DNA of 64,000 bases from positions 12,544,001 through 12,608,000 of the forward strand of contig CP086569.2 in the NCBI GenBank assembly GCA_009914755.4. Reading direction: 5' to 3'. The stretch's first letter is position 1. The number at the start of each line of letters is the position of its first letter. Both the position numbers and the translations under genes were made by a program. Shown here piece by piece: positions 29,901 through 45,627 of this stretch. Under the pieces are notes generated by a model. It did not search any database. It was not told where the DNA came from and saw only the letters and a list, made by a program, of their open reading frames with translations. This DNA is from the human T2T-CHM13v2.0 reference genome, Homo sapiens.

Positions 29901-31800
29901 TGGAATCAGATGGAACATAATAGAATGGAATGGAGTCAAATGGCATAGAATCGAAAGGAATGACATCGAATGAAATTGAATGGAATGGAATGAAATGGAC
30001 TTAAATGGAATACAATCAAATGGAAAAGCGTTGAATGGGATGGAAAGGAATGGAATGGAATGGAAAGGAATGTTCCCAAATGTAATGGTCTCGAATGAAA
30101 TGGACTCATATAGAATGGACTCAAAAAGAATGGTCCCAATGGAATTTACTCGAATACAATGGAATCGAAAGTAATGCAATAGTTTCTAAAGTAATTGAAT
30201 GGGATGGAATCGAATTGACTTGACCGGAAAGTTAAGGAGTGGAATAGAACGGAGTTGAAATTAATGGAAGGAAATGTAATTAAATTGAGTGCGTTGGAAT
30301 TGAAAGGAATGTAATCAAGTGGAATGGAATGGAACGCAATGGAATGGAATGCATTGGAATGGAATAGAATGGAATGCAAAGGAATGGAACGGAATAGAAT
30401 CAACTGGAATGGAATCGAATGGAATAGAATCATAAGGAATGGACTGGAATGGAAGGGACAAAAATGGAATGGACTGGAAAAAAATGGAATCAAATGGAAT
30501 GGAATGGAATGGGCCCATATGTAATGGACACGAATGGAATGGAATCAAATGGAAGGGACTCAAAAGGAATGCTCTCGAATGGAATTTATTTGAATAGAAT
30601 GGAATGAAATAGAACGCAATAGTATGCAATGGAATCTAATTGAATGGAATGGACTGGTATTGAACTTACTCGAATGTAATGTATTGCAATGAAATTGATT
30701 CGAATGATATGGAATGGAACGGAATGGCATTAAATGGAAATTAATGGAATACAATGGAAAGGAATTGAATGGAATGCAAGGGATTGGAAATCAGTGTAAT
30801 CAAGTGGAATGGAATCGAATGGAATGGAATCGAATGGAATGAAATAAAATGGAATGAAATTGAATGGAATGAAATTGAATGGAATTGAAAGGAGTAGAAC
30901 AGGAAGGAGTGCAATGGAATGATACCGAATGAAATGGAATGGATTGGACTCCAATGGAATGGAATGGAATGCAATGGAGTCGAATGGAATGGACTGGAGA
31001 GGAATGGACTTGAATGAAAAGGAAACGAATGGATTGCAATGGAATGGAATGCAATGGAATGTAAAGGAATAGAAAGTAATGGAATTGGATAGAACTGAAT
31101 GGAATGGAATGGAGTCGAATGGAATTCAATCCAATGGAATGGCATTGAATGGAATGAAATGGAATGGACTCAATTGGAATGGAAACAAATGGAATAAAAC
31201 CAAATGGAATGGCATTGAATGGAATTGAATGGAATGGAATGGTTTGGAATTGGAAAGATTGGAATAGAAAGGAATATAGTCAAATGGAATAGAATCGAAT
31301 GGAATGGCATCGAATGGAATGGAATCAAATGGAATGGAGTCAAATGGAATAGAATGGAATGGAATGGCATGGAATGGAATGAAATGAAATGGAATGGAAT
31401 GGAGTGAAATGGAATAGACCTAAATATAATGGACTCGAATGGAATGGAGAAATAAAATGGACTCGAAACGAAAGGCCTGGAATGGAATATATTCGAATAG
31501 AATAGTATTGAATGAAAAGCAATAGTATGGAATGGAATAGAATGGAACGGAATTAAATGGAATGGACTGGAACGGAATGGACTGGAATAGAATGGACTCG
31601 CATGAAATGGACTGCAATGTAATTGATTCGAATGGAATGGAATCGAACGGAAAATAATCAAATGGAATGGAATAGAATGCAATGGAATGGAATAGAATTG
31701 AATGCAATGGAATGAAACGGAATGTAATTGAATTGAATGGTATCGAATGGAATGCAATTGAATGGAATGGAATCGATTGGAATGGTCTCGAATGGAACGG

Positions 31801-31837
31801 ACTGGAACAAAATGGAATCAAACGGATTGGAATCGAA
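31801..31837 (+). repeat. Landmark B example (GGACTGGAACAAAATGGAATCGAACGGATTGGAATCGAA), which recurs roughly 150-250 bp downstream of block A
   Basis: actggaacaaaatggaatcaaacggattggaatcgaa. Homologues at ~4961, 12781, 16841, 29581, 33741, 39361, 42961, 47391, 54951, 59771 and 60941. Confidence 0.6.
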
Positions 31838-34278
31838 TGGCATGGAAGGGAATGGAAGGGAATGTACTCTAATGGAAAGCAGTTGAATGGAATGGAACTG
31901 TATGAATGGAATTGAATGGAATCGAAAGGAATAGAATAAAGAGGAGTGTAATTAAAGATATCCAGTGGAATTGAATGGAATAGAGTGGATTTGAATGGAC
32001 TGAAATCGAATGGAAAGGACTGGAATTGAATCAAATCGAATGGAATGGACTGGAAAAAAATGGAATCGTACGGATTGGAAACAAACGGAAAGGAATGGAA
32101 TGGAATGGACTCGAATGGAATGGAGTCGAATGGATTGGAATTGAATGGAAAGGAATTGAATGCAATTGAAAGGAATAGAATGGAATGGAGTGTAATGGAA
32201 AGATATCGAAAGGAAGGGAATGGAATGGATTGAACACGAATGGAATGGAACTGAACGGAATGGAATCGAATAGAATGGAATCGAAGGGAATAGAATGGAA
32301 TGGAGTGTAAAGGAAAGAGATCGAATGGAATTGAATGGTTTCGAACGGAGTTTATTCAAATGTAATGGAATGGATGTAATGGAATCGAATTCATTGGAAT
32401 TGAATAGAATTGAAAGCAATAGAATGGAATGGAGTGGAATGGAAAGACATAGAATAGAAAGGAATGGAATGGAAAGTAATGGACTCGAATGGAAAGGACT
32501 GGATAAGAATGGACTCGAATGGAAAGGAAACAAATGGAATGGAATTGAATGGAAAGGAATAGAATGGAATGGAATCAGATGGAATGGATAGTAATGGAAT
32601 ATAGTCGAATGGAATAGAAAGAAATTCAATGGCATTGAATGGATTGGAATGGAATGGAATAAAATGTAATGGACTGGAATGGACTCGAATGGAATAGAAT
32701 TGAATGGAATGGCTTAGAATGGAATGGAATGGAATGGAATGGCATGGATTGGAATGGAATGCATTCAAATGGAAGGGACTTGAATGGATTTGAATAGAAT
32801 GGAATGGCTTTGAATGGAAAGTAAAGGAATGGAATGGACTGGAATGGACCCAAATGTATTGGAATGGAAATGAATGGACTCAAATATAATGGAATAGAAA
32901 AGAATTGCCTTGAATGAAATTTATTCGAATAGAATGCTATCAAGTGAAATGCAATAGTATGGAATGGAATCGAATGGAATGGAATGGAATCAAATGTAAT
33001 GCAATAGTGTGGAATGGAATCGAATGGAATGTACCAGAAGATATTAGACTGGAATAGAAAGGACTCGAATGTAATGTATTTCAAAATAATTGATTCGAAT
33101 GGAGTGGAATAAAATGGAGTGAAATCAAAAAGAATGGATTGGAATGTAATGCAATGGAATGCAATGCAATGGAATGGAATGGAGTGCAATGGAATGGAAC
33201 GGAGTGGAAACGAGTTTAATGGAATTGAACGAAATGTAATTGAATGGAAGGGAATCGAGTGGAATGCACTAGATTTAAATGGACTTGAATGGATTAGAAT
33301 GGAATGGACAGGAACAAAAAGGAATCGAGTGGATTGAAACCGAACGGAAAGGAATGGAACGGAATCAAATGGAATGGAAATGAATGGAATGTAATCGAAC
33401 GCAATGGAATCGAATTTAATTAAAAGAAATCAAAAGAAATAGAATGGAATGGATTGTAATGCAAAGATATCGAATGCAACGGAATGGAATGGAATTGATC
33501 AGAGTGGAATGGACAGGAATAGAACGGACTCGAATGTAATGCATTGCAATTTAATTGATTCAAATGGAATGGAATCGAGTGGAATATAATCAAATGGAAT
33601 GGAATGGAATGCAATTAAATGGAATAGAATGGAATGAAATGGAAAGGAACGGAGTGGAATTGAATGGAAAGGAATCGAATGGAAAGGAATTGAATGGAAT
33701 GGAATCAATGAAATGGACTGCAATGTGATAGATTCGAATGGAATGGACTGGAACAAAATGGAGTCAAACGGATTGGAATCGAACAGAACAGAATGGAATG
33801 GAAAGGAATACATTTGACTCGAATGGAATTGAGTCAAATGAAATGGAATCGTATGGAATGGAATTGAATGGAATGAAATTTAACGGAAGCAAAAGGAATA
33901 CAACGGAATGGAGTGTAATGGAAACATATGGAGTGTATTGGAGTGGAATGGAATGGAATGGACTCGAATGCAATGGAAAGCAAAGGAATGGACCCGAATG
34001 GAATGGACTGCTGAGGAATGGAATTGAATGGAATGGAATGGAAAGGAATAGAATGGAATGGAATCAGTGGAACGGAATGGAATGGAATGGAGTTGAATGG
34101 AATAGAATAGAATGGAATGGCATCTACTGGGGTGGAATGGAATGGAAAGGAATAAAATGGAATGGAATGGAATGGAATCGAATCGAATCGAATCGAATAA
34201 AATAGAATGGACTCGAATGGGATGGACTCTAATGGAATAGAATCGAATGGAATGGCATCGGATCGAATGGGATGGAAT

Positions 34279-34498
34279 GGACCCAAATGTAATGGAATTG
34301 AATGGAGTAGACTCAAATAGAATGGACGAGAAAGGAATGGTCTCGACTATAATTTATTCAAATAAGAAGGAATAGAAAGTAATTCAATAATATGGAATGG
34401 AATCGAATGGAATGGAATTGAATGGAATATACCAGAATGGAATGGACAGGAATAGAATGGATTCGAATGTAACGTACAGAAATGTAATTGATTCAAAT
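34279..34498 (+). repeat. Landmark block A copy
   Basis: ggacccaaatgtaatgg ... taatttattcaaataagaagg ... gaatgtaacgtacagaaatgtaattgattcaaatgc. Confidence 0.6.
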
Positions 34499-37400
34499 GC
34501 CTTGGAATCAAATGGAATGAAATCAAAAGGAATTGAAAGGATTACAATGGAATGAAATAGTATAAAATGCAATAGAAAGGAACGTAGTGGAATCGAGTGG
34601 AATGGAATCGAAAAGAATGGAATGAAATGGAATAAAATCAACAGGAATGGACTGGATTGGAATGGACTGGAATGGAATGGACTGCAAGAAAACGGAGTAG
34701 AACGCATGGGAATCGAATGTAACCGAATGGAAGGGAAGGTAATCGAATGGAAGGGAAGGTAATGGAATAGACTGGACTATAAAGGAACGGAGTCAAATGT
34801 AATGGAGTCGAATGGTATGGAATCAAATCGAATGGAATCCAATGGAATGGAATTGAATAAAATTGAAAGGAAAAGAATGGAATGGAGTGTAAAGCAAAGA
34901 TATCGAATGGAATGGAATAGAAAGGAATGGAGTTGAAAGGAATAGACTGGAATGGATTAGACTCTAATGGAATGGACTGGAGAGGAATGGACTCAAAAGG
35001 AATGGAAACAAATGGAATGGGATGGAATGAAATGGAATGCAACGGAATGGTAACTCATGGAACGGAATGCAATGGAATGGAGTTGAATGGAATTGAAACC
35101 AATGCAATTACATCGAAAGTAATAGAATGGAAAGAAATGAAAGGCCTCGAATGGAATGGATTCAAAAGGAATAGAATCGAATGGAATGGCATAGAAAGGA
35201 ATGGAATAGAATGGAATGGAATGGACCCAAATGTAATGGACTCGAATTGATTTGAATTAAATACAATGTACTCGAAAGGAATGGTCTCGAATGGAACTTG
35301 TTCGAATAGAATGAAATCGAAAAGAATGCAATAGTTTGGAATGGAATCAAATGGAATAGAATGCAATGGAATGGAATGGATTGCCAGGGAATTGAATATA
35401 ATAGAGTGCAATGGAATGGAACGAAGTAAAAAGGAGTGGAATGGGATCGAATGGAATGGAATCGAATAGGATTCAATCATAGGGAATAGACCGTAATGGA
35501 ATGGACTCGAATGGAATGGAATGGAAAAAAATGGATCAAACGGATTGGAATCGAACAGAACAGAATGAAATGGAATAGAGTGGAATCGAACAGACCCGAA
35601 CGTAATGGACTGCAATGTATTTCATTCGAATGGAATTGAATTAAATAGAAATTTTTCAAATGGAATGCAATCGAATGCAATAGAAAGGAATAGAATGGAA
35701 TGCAATGGAATGAAACGGAGTGGAATCGAATGTAATGGAATGGAATGGAAAGGAATCGAAAGGAATGGAATTGATCGGAATGGACTGGACTGGAATGGAC
35801 TCTAAAGGAATGGAAAACAGTGGAATGGAATAGAATGGAATTCAAAGGAATAGAATGGCATGGAATCGGAAGGAACAGAATGGAATGGAATGGAGACGAA
35901 TGGAATAAAATTCATTGGTATGACATCAAATGGAATGGAGTGGAATGGAATGGAATAGAATGGAATGTAGTGTAGTCGAATCGAATGGACTCGAATGGAA
36001 TAGAATTGAATGGAATGGCATCGAAGTGAATGGAATGAAAAGGAATGGAACCAAATATAATGGACACAAATGGAATGGACTCATATAGAAAGGAATCGAA
36101 TGGAATAGTCTCCAATGGAATTTATTCGAATCCAATGGAATCGAATGGAATGCAGTAGTTTGGAAAGGAATCGAATGCAAAGGAATTGAATGGAATGAAT
36201 CGGAATGGAATGGACTGGAATAAAATGGACTCGAATGTAATGGACAGCAACATAATTGATTCGAATGGAATGGTATAGAATGGAATGTAATCAAATGGAA
36301 TGAAATGGAATGCAATGGAATTGAATATAATGGAATGCAATGGAATGGAAAGGAGTCTAATCGAGTGGAATGGAATAGTATGGAATGGATTCAAATGGAA
36401 TGGATTCGTTGTGAATGCACTGGAATGGAATGGATTTGAATAGAAAAATCTGGAACAAAATGGAATCTAACGGAATGGAATCGAACGGCATGGAATACAA
36501 GGGAATGGAAGGGACTCGAATGAAATGGAGTCGAATGGAATGGACTCCAATTTAATGGATTGAAATGGAATGGACTCGAATGGAATGGACTAGAGTGGAA
36601 TGGAGTTGAATGGAATGGAAACGAATGGATGGGATGGAATGGAATGGAAAGGAATTGAATGGAATGGAATCAAATGGAACGGAATAGAATCGAATGGAGT
36701 GGAATGGAATAGAATCGAAAGCAATGGCTTCGAATTGAATGGAATGGACTCGAATGGTATTGGCACGAGTGGTATAGAATCGAATGGAATGGAATGGAGT
36801 GGAATGATATGGAATGGAATCCACCCAAATGTAATGGACTCGAATGGAATGGAAACAAACAGAATGGACTCAAAAATAATGATTTGCAATGGAATTTATT
36901 CATATAGAATGGAATTGAGTGGAATACAATTGTATGGAATGGAATTGAAAGAAATGGAACTGAATGGAAAGCAATGGAATGGAATGAAAAGGAAGAAAAT
37001 GGACTCGAATGCAATGGATTGCAAATTAATAGATTTGAATGGAATGGAATCGAAAGGAATGTAATCAAATGGAATGGAATGGAATGCAATGGAATGGAAT
37101 ATAAAGGAATGAAGCGAAATGAAATGGAATGGAATTGAAAGGAAAGAATGCATTGGAATGGTGTGAAATGGATTCGAATTGAATGGAATTGAATGGAATG
37201 AAATAGAATGCAATCGACTGGAATGGAATTGACACTAATGGAATGGGCTGGAAAAATTTGAATCGAACGGTTTGGAATAGAACAAAAAGGAATGGAATGG
37301 AATGGAACAGTATGGAGTAGAATGGAATGGAGTCGAATGGAATGGAACCAAAAACCATGGAATTGAATGCAATCAAAAGGATTAGAAAAATATGGATGTT

Positions 37401-37743
37401 AATGGAAAGATATCGAATGGAAAGGAATGGAATAGAATAGACCCAGATGCAATGGACTGGAATGGAAAGGTATCAAATGGAGTGGACTGGAGTGGAATGG
37501 ACACGAATGAAATGGAAATGAAAGGAATTGAATGGAATGGAAAGCAATGGAATGGAATGGAATGGAATAAAATAGAAAGGAATAGAATGGAATAGAATCA
37601 GATGGAACGGAATGGAATTCAATAGAGTCGAATGGAATAGAATCGAATGCAATGGCATCAAATGAAATGGAATCGAATGGAATGGACACTAATGGAATAG
37701 CAACGAATGGAATGGTATCGAATGGAATGGAATGGACGCAAAT

Positions 37744-37954
37744 TAATGGACTCGAATAGAATGGACTCAAACAGAATTGACTCAAAAGGAATGGTTTCGA
37801 ATGGAATTTATTCGAATAGAATGGAATGGAATGGAATTCAATAGTATGGAATGGATTCGAATGGAATGGAATCGAATGGAATGGGCAGGATTTGAATGGA
37901 CTGGAAAAGAGCGGACACGAATGTAATGGATTGCAATGTAATTGATTCAAATGG
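37744..37954 (+). repeat. Landmark block A copy (near-consensus)
   Basis: ggacgcaaattaatggactcgaatagaatggactcaaacag ... ggtttcgaatggaatttattcgaatagaatgg ... gaatgtaatggattgcaatgtaattgattcaaatgg. Confidence 0.65.
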
Positions 37955-40900
37955 ATGCAATCGAATGGCATGTAATCAAATGGAATAGAATGGAATGGAA
38001 GGGAATGGAATGGAATGGAATTGAAAGGACTCAAATATAATGGACCTCAATGGAATGGACTCAAATAGAATGGACTCTGAACGAATGGTCTCAAATGGAA
38101 TTCATTCAAATAGATTCGAATTGAATTGAATGAAAGAGTTTGTAATGGAATCGAATGGAATGGAATCTACTGGAGCAGAAAGGAATGGACTGGAATAGAA
38201 TGGACTCGAATGTAATTGATTGTAATGTAATAGATTCAAATGGAATGGAAACTAATGAAACATAATCAAATGGAAAGGAATGGAAAGCAATGGAATGGAA
38301 TAGAATGGAATGCAATAGACTGGAAAAGAGTGGAATCTAGAGGAATGGAATCGAATGGAATGGAATTGACTGGAACTAAATGGAAATGAATGGATTGGAA
38401 TGGAATGGAATGGAATGGAGTGGAATGAAACATACTCGAATAGAATGGAACATACCCGAATGGAATGGAGTCAAATGAAGTGGAATCGAATGGAATGGAA
38501 TTGAATAGAATGGAAATGAATGAAATAGAAAGGAAAAGAATGGAATGGAAGGTAAGGGAAAGATATCGAATGCAATGCAATGGCACATAATGGACTCAAA
38601 CGGAATGGACTGGAATGGGGCAGACTCGAATGGAATCCACTGGAGTGGAATGGACTCGAATGGAATGGAAACGAATTTAATGGAATGGAATGGAAGGGAA
38701 AGGAATAGAATGGAGTGGATTCAGAGAGAAAGGAATGGAATGGAATGCATGTAAATGGAACAGAATCGAATGGAATGGAAAGTAATGGAATGGAATGGAC
38801 TCGAATGGAATGGACTCGAAAGGAATAAAATCAAATGAAATGGCATCGAATGGAATAGAATTTAATGGAATGGACACAAATGACATGGAATCAAATGGAA
38901 AGGACTCTAATAGAATGGAATTGAAAGAAATGGTCTCAAATGAAATTTATGTGATTAGAATGGAATCGAATGAAATTAAATAGTATGGAAGGGAATCGAA
39001 TGGAAAGGAATTGACTAAAATGGACTGGAATAAAACAGAGTCGAATTCAATGAATTGAAACGTCATTGACTCGAATAGAAAGGAATCGAATGGAATGGAA
39101 ATGAACAGAATGGACTGGAATGGAATGGACAGGAATGGAACGGACTCTAATGGAATGGATTGCAATGTAATTGATTCGAATGGAATGGAAATGATTGGAA
39201 TGTAATCCAACTGATAGGAATGGAAATCAATGGAATGGAAGAGAAGGCAATGCAATGGAATGGAATGGAGTCGAATCAACTGGAATGGAATTGAATGGAA
39301 TGGAATTGAATGGAATGGAATCGAATGGAATGGACTGGAATGGAATGGAATTCAACGGAATGGACTGGAACAAAATGGAATGGAACAGATTGGAATCAAA
39401 AGGAACGGAATAGAATGGAATAGAATGGACTCGAATGGAATGCAGTCAAATGGAATGGAATCGAATGGAATGGAACTGAATGGAATTGAAAGGAATGGAA
39501 TGGAATAGAGTACAATGTAAAGATATCGAATGGAAGGGAATGGAATGGAATGGACTCGAATGCAATGGACTGGAATGGACAGGAAAGGAATGGACTGGAT
39601 TGGAAAGGATTTGAAGGGAATGTGCTAGAGTGGAACGGACTCGAATGGAATGGAAACGAATGGAATGGAATGAAATGGAATGGAATGGAATGGAAAGGAA
39701 TAGCCTGGAATGAAATGGGATGGAAAGCAATTGAATGGAATGGAATGGAGTCGAATGGAATAAAATCGAATGGAATGGCATCGAATGGAATGGAGTGGAA
39801 TGGAATGGACTCGAATGGAATGGACCCGAATGGAATAGAATAGAATGGAATGCAATCGAATTGAATGGAATGGAATGGATTGGAATGGACCCAAAGATTA
39901 TGGGCTTGAAAGGAATGGACTCAAATAGAATGGACTCAAAAAGAATGGTCTGGAATCGAATTTATTCGAATAGAACTCAATCGAATGGAATGAAATAGTA
40001 TGGAATGTGATCGAATGGAATGGAATCGAAATGTATGGACCAGAATAGAATGGAATGGAATAGATTGGACTCGAAATTAATGGATTGCAATGTGATTGAT
40101 TCGAATGGAATGGAATCGAATGGAAAGTAAACAAATGAAAAGGAATGCAATTCAAAGGAATGGAATAGAATGGAATGCAATGGAATGGAATGGAATGGAC
40201 TGGAATCGATGGGAATGGAGTCAAATGGAAAGGTATCAAATGGAATGGAATCGAATGGAATTGACTCGAATGGAATGGACTTGGAAAAAAAGGAATCAAA
40301 TGGATTGGAATCGAATTGGAAGGAAGGAAATGGAATGGAATGGAATGGAACTGAATGGAATGGAGTCGAATGGAGTGGGTTCGAATGGAATGGAATCAAA
40401 TGGAATGCAGTTGAATGGAATGGAATGGAGTATAATGGAAAGATATCGAATGGAATGGAATGGAATGGACTCGAATGGAATGCACTGGAATGGAATGGAT
40501 TAGAATGGAATGGACTGTATTGGAATTGACTCGAATGTAATGGACTGGAGTGGAATAGACTCGAATGGATTGGAAACCACTGGAATGGAATGCAAGGAAA
40601 TATAATGGAATGGAATCAGATAGAATGAAATGGAATGTAATGGAGTCGAATTAAATAGAATCTAATGGAATGGCATCAAATGGAATGGAATGAAATGGAA
40701 TAGAGTGTAATGGACTCGAATGGAATGGATTTGAATGGAATGGAAAAGAATGGAATGCCATCGAATGGATTGGAATGGAATGGACCCAAATGTAATGGAC
40801 TCAAATGGAATGGACTCAAATTGAATGGACTTGAAAGGAATGGGCTCGAATGGAATTCATTCGAATAGAATTGAATCGAAAGGAATGCAGTAGTATTTAA

Positions 40901-41682
40901 TGGAATTGAATAGAATGGAATCGCATGGAATGGACCACAATGGAATGGACTGGAATAGAGCAGACTCGAATATAATGGATGGAATGTAAAGCAAAGGAAT
41001 GCAATCAAATGGAATGGAATGGAAACCAATGGAAGGCAGTAGAATGCAATGCAATGGAATGGAGGGGAATCATGTGGAATGGAATCGAAAGGGATGGAAT
41101 TGAATGGAATGGACTTGAATGGAATGTACTCGAATGGAATGGACTGAAACAAAAAGGTTTTGAACGGATTGGATTCAAACGGAATGGAATGGAGTGGAAT
41201 GGATTGGAATGGAATAGAGTGGAATGGTGTCAAATGGAATGGAACCGAATGGAATGCAATCGATGGAATGGAATTGATGGAATCGAAAGGAATAGAGTAG
41301 AATGGATTGCAAAAGAAAGTTATTGAACAGAATGGAATTGAATGGAATGGACTGGAATGGACTCAAATGGAATGAACGGGAGTGGAATGGACTTGAATGG
41401 AATGGGCTGGAGTGGAATGCACTCTAATGAAATTGAAACGAATGGAAAGGAATAGACTGGAATGGAATGGGATGGAAGGGAATTAATGGAATGAAATGGA
41501 ATGTAATGGAATGGAATGGAATGGAATTTAACGGAATGGAATGGAGTCGAATGGAAGAAAATCAAATGGAATGACATCGAATGGAATGGAATGGAATTGA
41601 CTCGAATGGAACGGACTTGAAACGAATAGAAATGAAAGGAATGGCTTCGAATGGAATGGAATTGAATTAAATGGAATGGAAT

Positions 41683-41900
41683 GTACCCATATGTAATGGA
41701 CTCGAATGGAATGGACTCAAATAGAATGGACTCAAAAGGAATGGGCGAGAATGGAATTTATCCGAATAGAATGGAATCGAATAGAATTAAATAATATTGA
41801 ATGGAATCGAACGGAATGGATTCAAATTGAATGGACCAGAATGGAATGGACCGGAATAGAATGGACTCGCACTTTATGGACTGCAATGTGATACATTCGA
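41683..41900 (+). repeat. Landmark block A copy
   Basis: gtacccatatgtaatggactcg ... ggaatttatccgaatagaatgg ... ggactgcaatgtgatacattcgaatg. Confidence 0.6.
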
Positions 41901-43390
41901 ATGTAATAGAAACGAATGGAATGTAATGAAATGGAATGGAATGCAATACAAAGGAATGGAAGAGAATGGAATGAAAGGTAATGGAAAAGAACGGAGGGGA
42001 ATCGAGAGGAATGGAACCTAATGCAATAGAATCGAAAGGAATGGAATCGAACTGAATGGCTTCGAATGGAATGGACTTGAGACAAAGTGGAATCGAACAG
42101 ATTGAAAACTAACGGAATGCCATGAAATGTTATGGAATGGAATGGACTCGAAAGGAATGGAGTCAAATGGAATGGAATTGAATGGAATGTAGTTGAATGG
42201 AGTGGAATTGAATGGAATGGAATTCAATGGATCGGAGTGCAATGGAAAGATACAGAATGCAATGGAATGGAATGCAATAGAATGGACTCGAATGGAATGG
42301 ACAAGAATGGAATGGACAGTAGTGGAATGGACTCGAATGGAATGTTCTGGAGTGGAATGGACTCAAATAGAAAGGAATCGAATGGAATGCAAAGGAAAGA
42401 ATTATAATTTAATGGAAACAGATGGAACGGAATGGAATGTAATGGAGTCAAAAGGAATTAAACTAATGTAATGGCATCAAATGGAATGGAATGTAGAGGA
42501 GAGGAATGGACTCGAATGGAATGGATTCTAATGAAATAGAATAGAATGCAATGCCATTGAACGGATTGGAAGGGAATGGAATGGAATGGAATCAAATGCA
42601 ATGGAGTCAAATGGATTGCACTCAAATAGAATGGACTTCAAAGGAATTTGCTCGAAAGGAATTCATCCGAATAGAATCGAATCGAATGAAATGCTGTACT
42701 TTTAATAGAATGGAATGGAGTCGAATGGAATGGAACGAAATGGAATGGACTGGAATAGAGCGGACTCGAATGTAATAGATTGCAATGAAATTGATTTGAA
42801 TGGAATGGAATCGAATGGCATGTTATCCAATGGAAGGGAATGGAAAGCAATGGAACACAATAGAACACAATGCAATGGAATGGAATTGAGTGGAATCGGG
42901 TGGAATGGAATAGAATGGAATGGAATTGAATGCTATGGAATCGAATGGAATGGAATAGAATGGAATGGAATAGAAAGGGATGGACTGGAACAAAATGGAT
43001 TGGAACAGATTGGAATCGAATGGAGTGGAATTGCGTGGAATGCAATGGAATGGACTAGAATGGAATGAAGTCGAATGGAATAGAATTGTATGGAATGCAA
43101 TCAAATGGGATGGAATTGAATGGAATCGAAAGGAATTGAATGGAATACAGTGAAATGGAAGTTATTGAACAGAATGGAATGGAATGAAATCGCACGGAAT
43201 GGACTGGAATAAAAAGGACTCGAAAGGAATGGACTGCAGTGGAATGGACTCGAAAGGAATAGAAAAGGAATGGAATGGAATGGAATGCAATGGAATGAAA
43301 TGGATAGTAATAGAATGGAGTGGAATTGGATAGAACGGAATGGAATTGAATGGAGTCGAATGGAATAGAATCAAATGGAATGGCATCGAA

Positions 43391-43446
43391 TGGAATGGAA
43401 TGGAATGGAATGGAATGGAATGGAATGGAATGGAATGGAATGGAAT
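43391..43446 (+). repeat. Perfect (GGAAT)n tract of ~11 units
   Basis: ggaatggaatggaatggaatggaatggaatggaatggaatggaatggaatggaatgaactcg. Confidence 0.85.
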
Positions 43447-45406
43447 GAACTCGAATGGAATGGATTCGAATGGAATAGAATAGAATGGAATGAAATCGAA
43501 TATAATGAAGTGGAATTGCATGTAACCGAATGGAATGGACCCAAATATAATGGACTCAAATGCAATGGACTCAAATAGAATGGACTCGAAAGGAATGGTA
43601 TCGAATGGAATTTATTCTAATCGAAAGGAATCAAATGGAATGACATAGTATAGAATGGAATGGAGTGGAATGGAATGGACTGGAATAGAAAGGACTCGAA
43701 TGTAATGGAATGCAATTTGATTGATTCGAATGGAATGGAAGCGAATGGAATGTAATCAAATGGAATGGAATGGAATACAAAGGAATGGAATAGAATGGAA
43801 TGCAGTGTAATGGAACGGAATGGAGTGGAATCGAGTGGAATGGAATTGAATGGAAAGGATTTGAATGGAATGGACTTGGGACAAGGTGGATTCAAATGGA
43901 TTGGAATAGAACGGAACGGAATGAAATGGTTGGGAATGGAATGGACACGAAGGGAATGGAGTCAAATGGAATGGAATCAAATAGAATGAAGTTGAATGGA
44001 ATGGAATTTAATGGAATGGACCTCAATGGAAGGATATCAAATAGAATGGAATGGAAAGGAATGGATTCGAATATAATGGACTGGAATGGAATGGACTCGA
44101 ATGGAATGAACAAGGGTGGAATCGACCCAAATGGAATGGAATGGAGTGGAATGGACTCGAATGGAATGGAAACAAATGGAATGGAATGGAAAAGAATATA
44201 ATTGAATGGAATCAGATGGAACGGAAAGGAATGTAATGGAGCCGAAAGAAGTAGAATCGAAACGAATGGCATCAAATGGAATTGAATGGAATGGAATTTA
44301 CTCGAATGGAATGGATTCTCATATAATATAGTCGAGTGGAATGGCATTGAATGGAACGGAATGCAATGGAATGGAATGGAATGGACCCACCTGTAATGGA
44401 CTCCAATGGAATGTAATCCAACAGAATGGACTCGAACGGAATGGGAATGAATGGAATTCTTTTGTGTAGAATCGAATCGAATGGAATGCAATAGTATTGA
44501 ATGAAATCGAATGGAATGGAATTGAATGGAAAGGAATCGAATGGAATGGACCAGAATGCAATGGACTGGAATAAAGTGGACACAAATGTAATGAAATGCA
44601 AAGTAATAGATTCAAAGGAATGGAATTGAATGGAATGGAAATGAATGGAATGGCATCTAATGGAATGGAATCAAATGAAATGGAATGGAATGGAATCGAA
44701 TGCAACGTAATTGAATGGAATGAAACGGAATGGAATAGACTGGAATGGAGGGGACATGAATGTAATGAATTGCAATGTAATAGATTCAAAGGAAAGGAAA
44801 CGAATGGAATGGAAATGAAAGCAATAGCATCGAACTGAATATAAAGAAATGGACCCAAATGTAATGGACTCTAAATGAATGGAATCTAATAGAATGGACA
44901 CGGAAGGAATGGTCTCGAATGGCGTTTATTCAAATAGACTGGAATCGCAGGGAGTGCAATAGTATGGAATGGAATCGAATGGAATGGACTAGAATAGAAC
45001 GGACTCAAATGTAGTGCATTGCAATGTAATTGATTCGAATAGACTGGAATCGAATGGAATATAATCAAATGGAAAGGAATGGAATGCAATGGAATAGAAT
45101 ACAATGGAATGCAATGGAATGGAAAGGAGTGGAATCGAGTAGAATGGAATGGAATGGAATGGAATGGAATGGAATGGAATGGAATGGAATAGAATGGAAT
45201 GGAAATGGAAGGAATGGAATGGAATGGAATGCAGTCAAATGGAATAGAGTTGAATGGAATGGCTTCGAATGGAATGGAATGGAATGCAATGGAATGGAAT
45301 GGAATGCAATGGAATGGAATGGACTGCAGTCAAATGGAATGGACTCCAAAGGAATAGAATCGAATGGAATGGTATCGAATGGAATGGAATGGAATGGAAT
45401 GGAATT

Positions 45407-45627
45407 GACCCAAATGTAATGGACTCGAAAGGAATGGACTCAAATAGAAAAGACTCGAAAGGGACGGTCTCGAATGGAATTTACTCAAATACAATGGAAT
45501 CGAATGGAATGCAAAAGTATGGAATGGATTCGAATGGAAAGGAATCGAATGGAATGGACCAGAATGGAATGGACTGGAATAGAAAGGACTCGAATGGAAT
45601 GGATTGCAAAGTAATTGACTCAACTGT
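45407..45627 (+). repeat. Landmark block A copy
   Basis: tgacccaaatgtaatggactcgaaagg ... ggaatttactcaaatacaatgg ... ggattgcaaagtaattgactcaactg. Confidence 0.6.
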
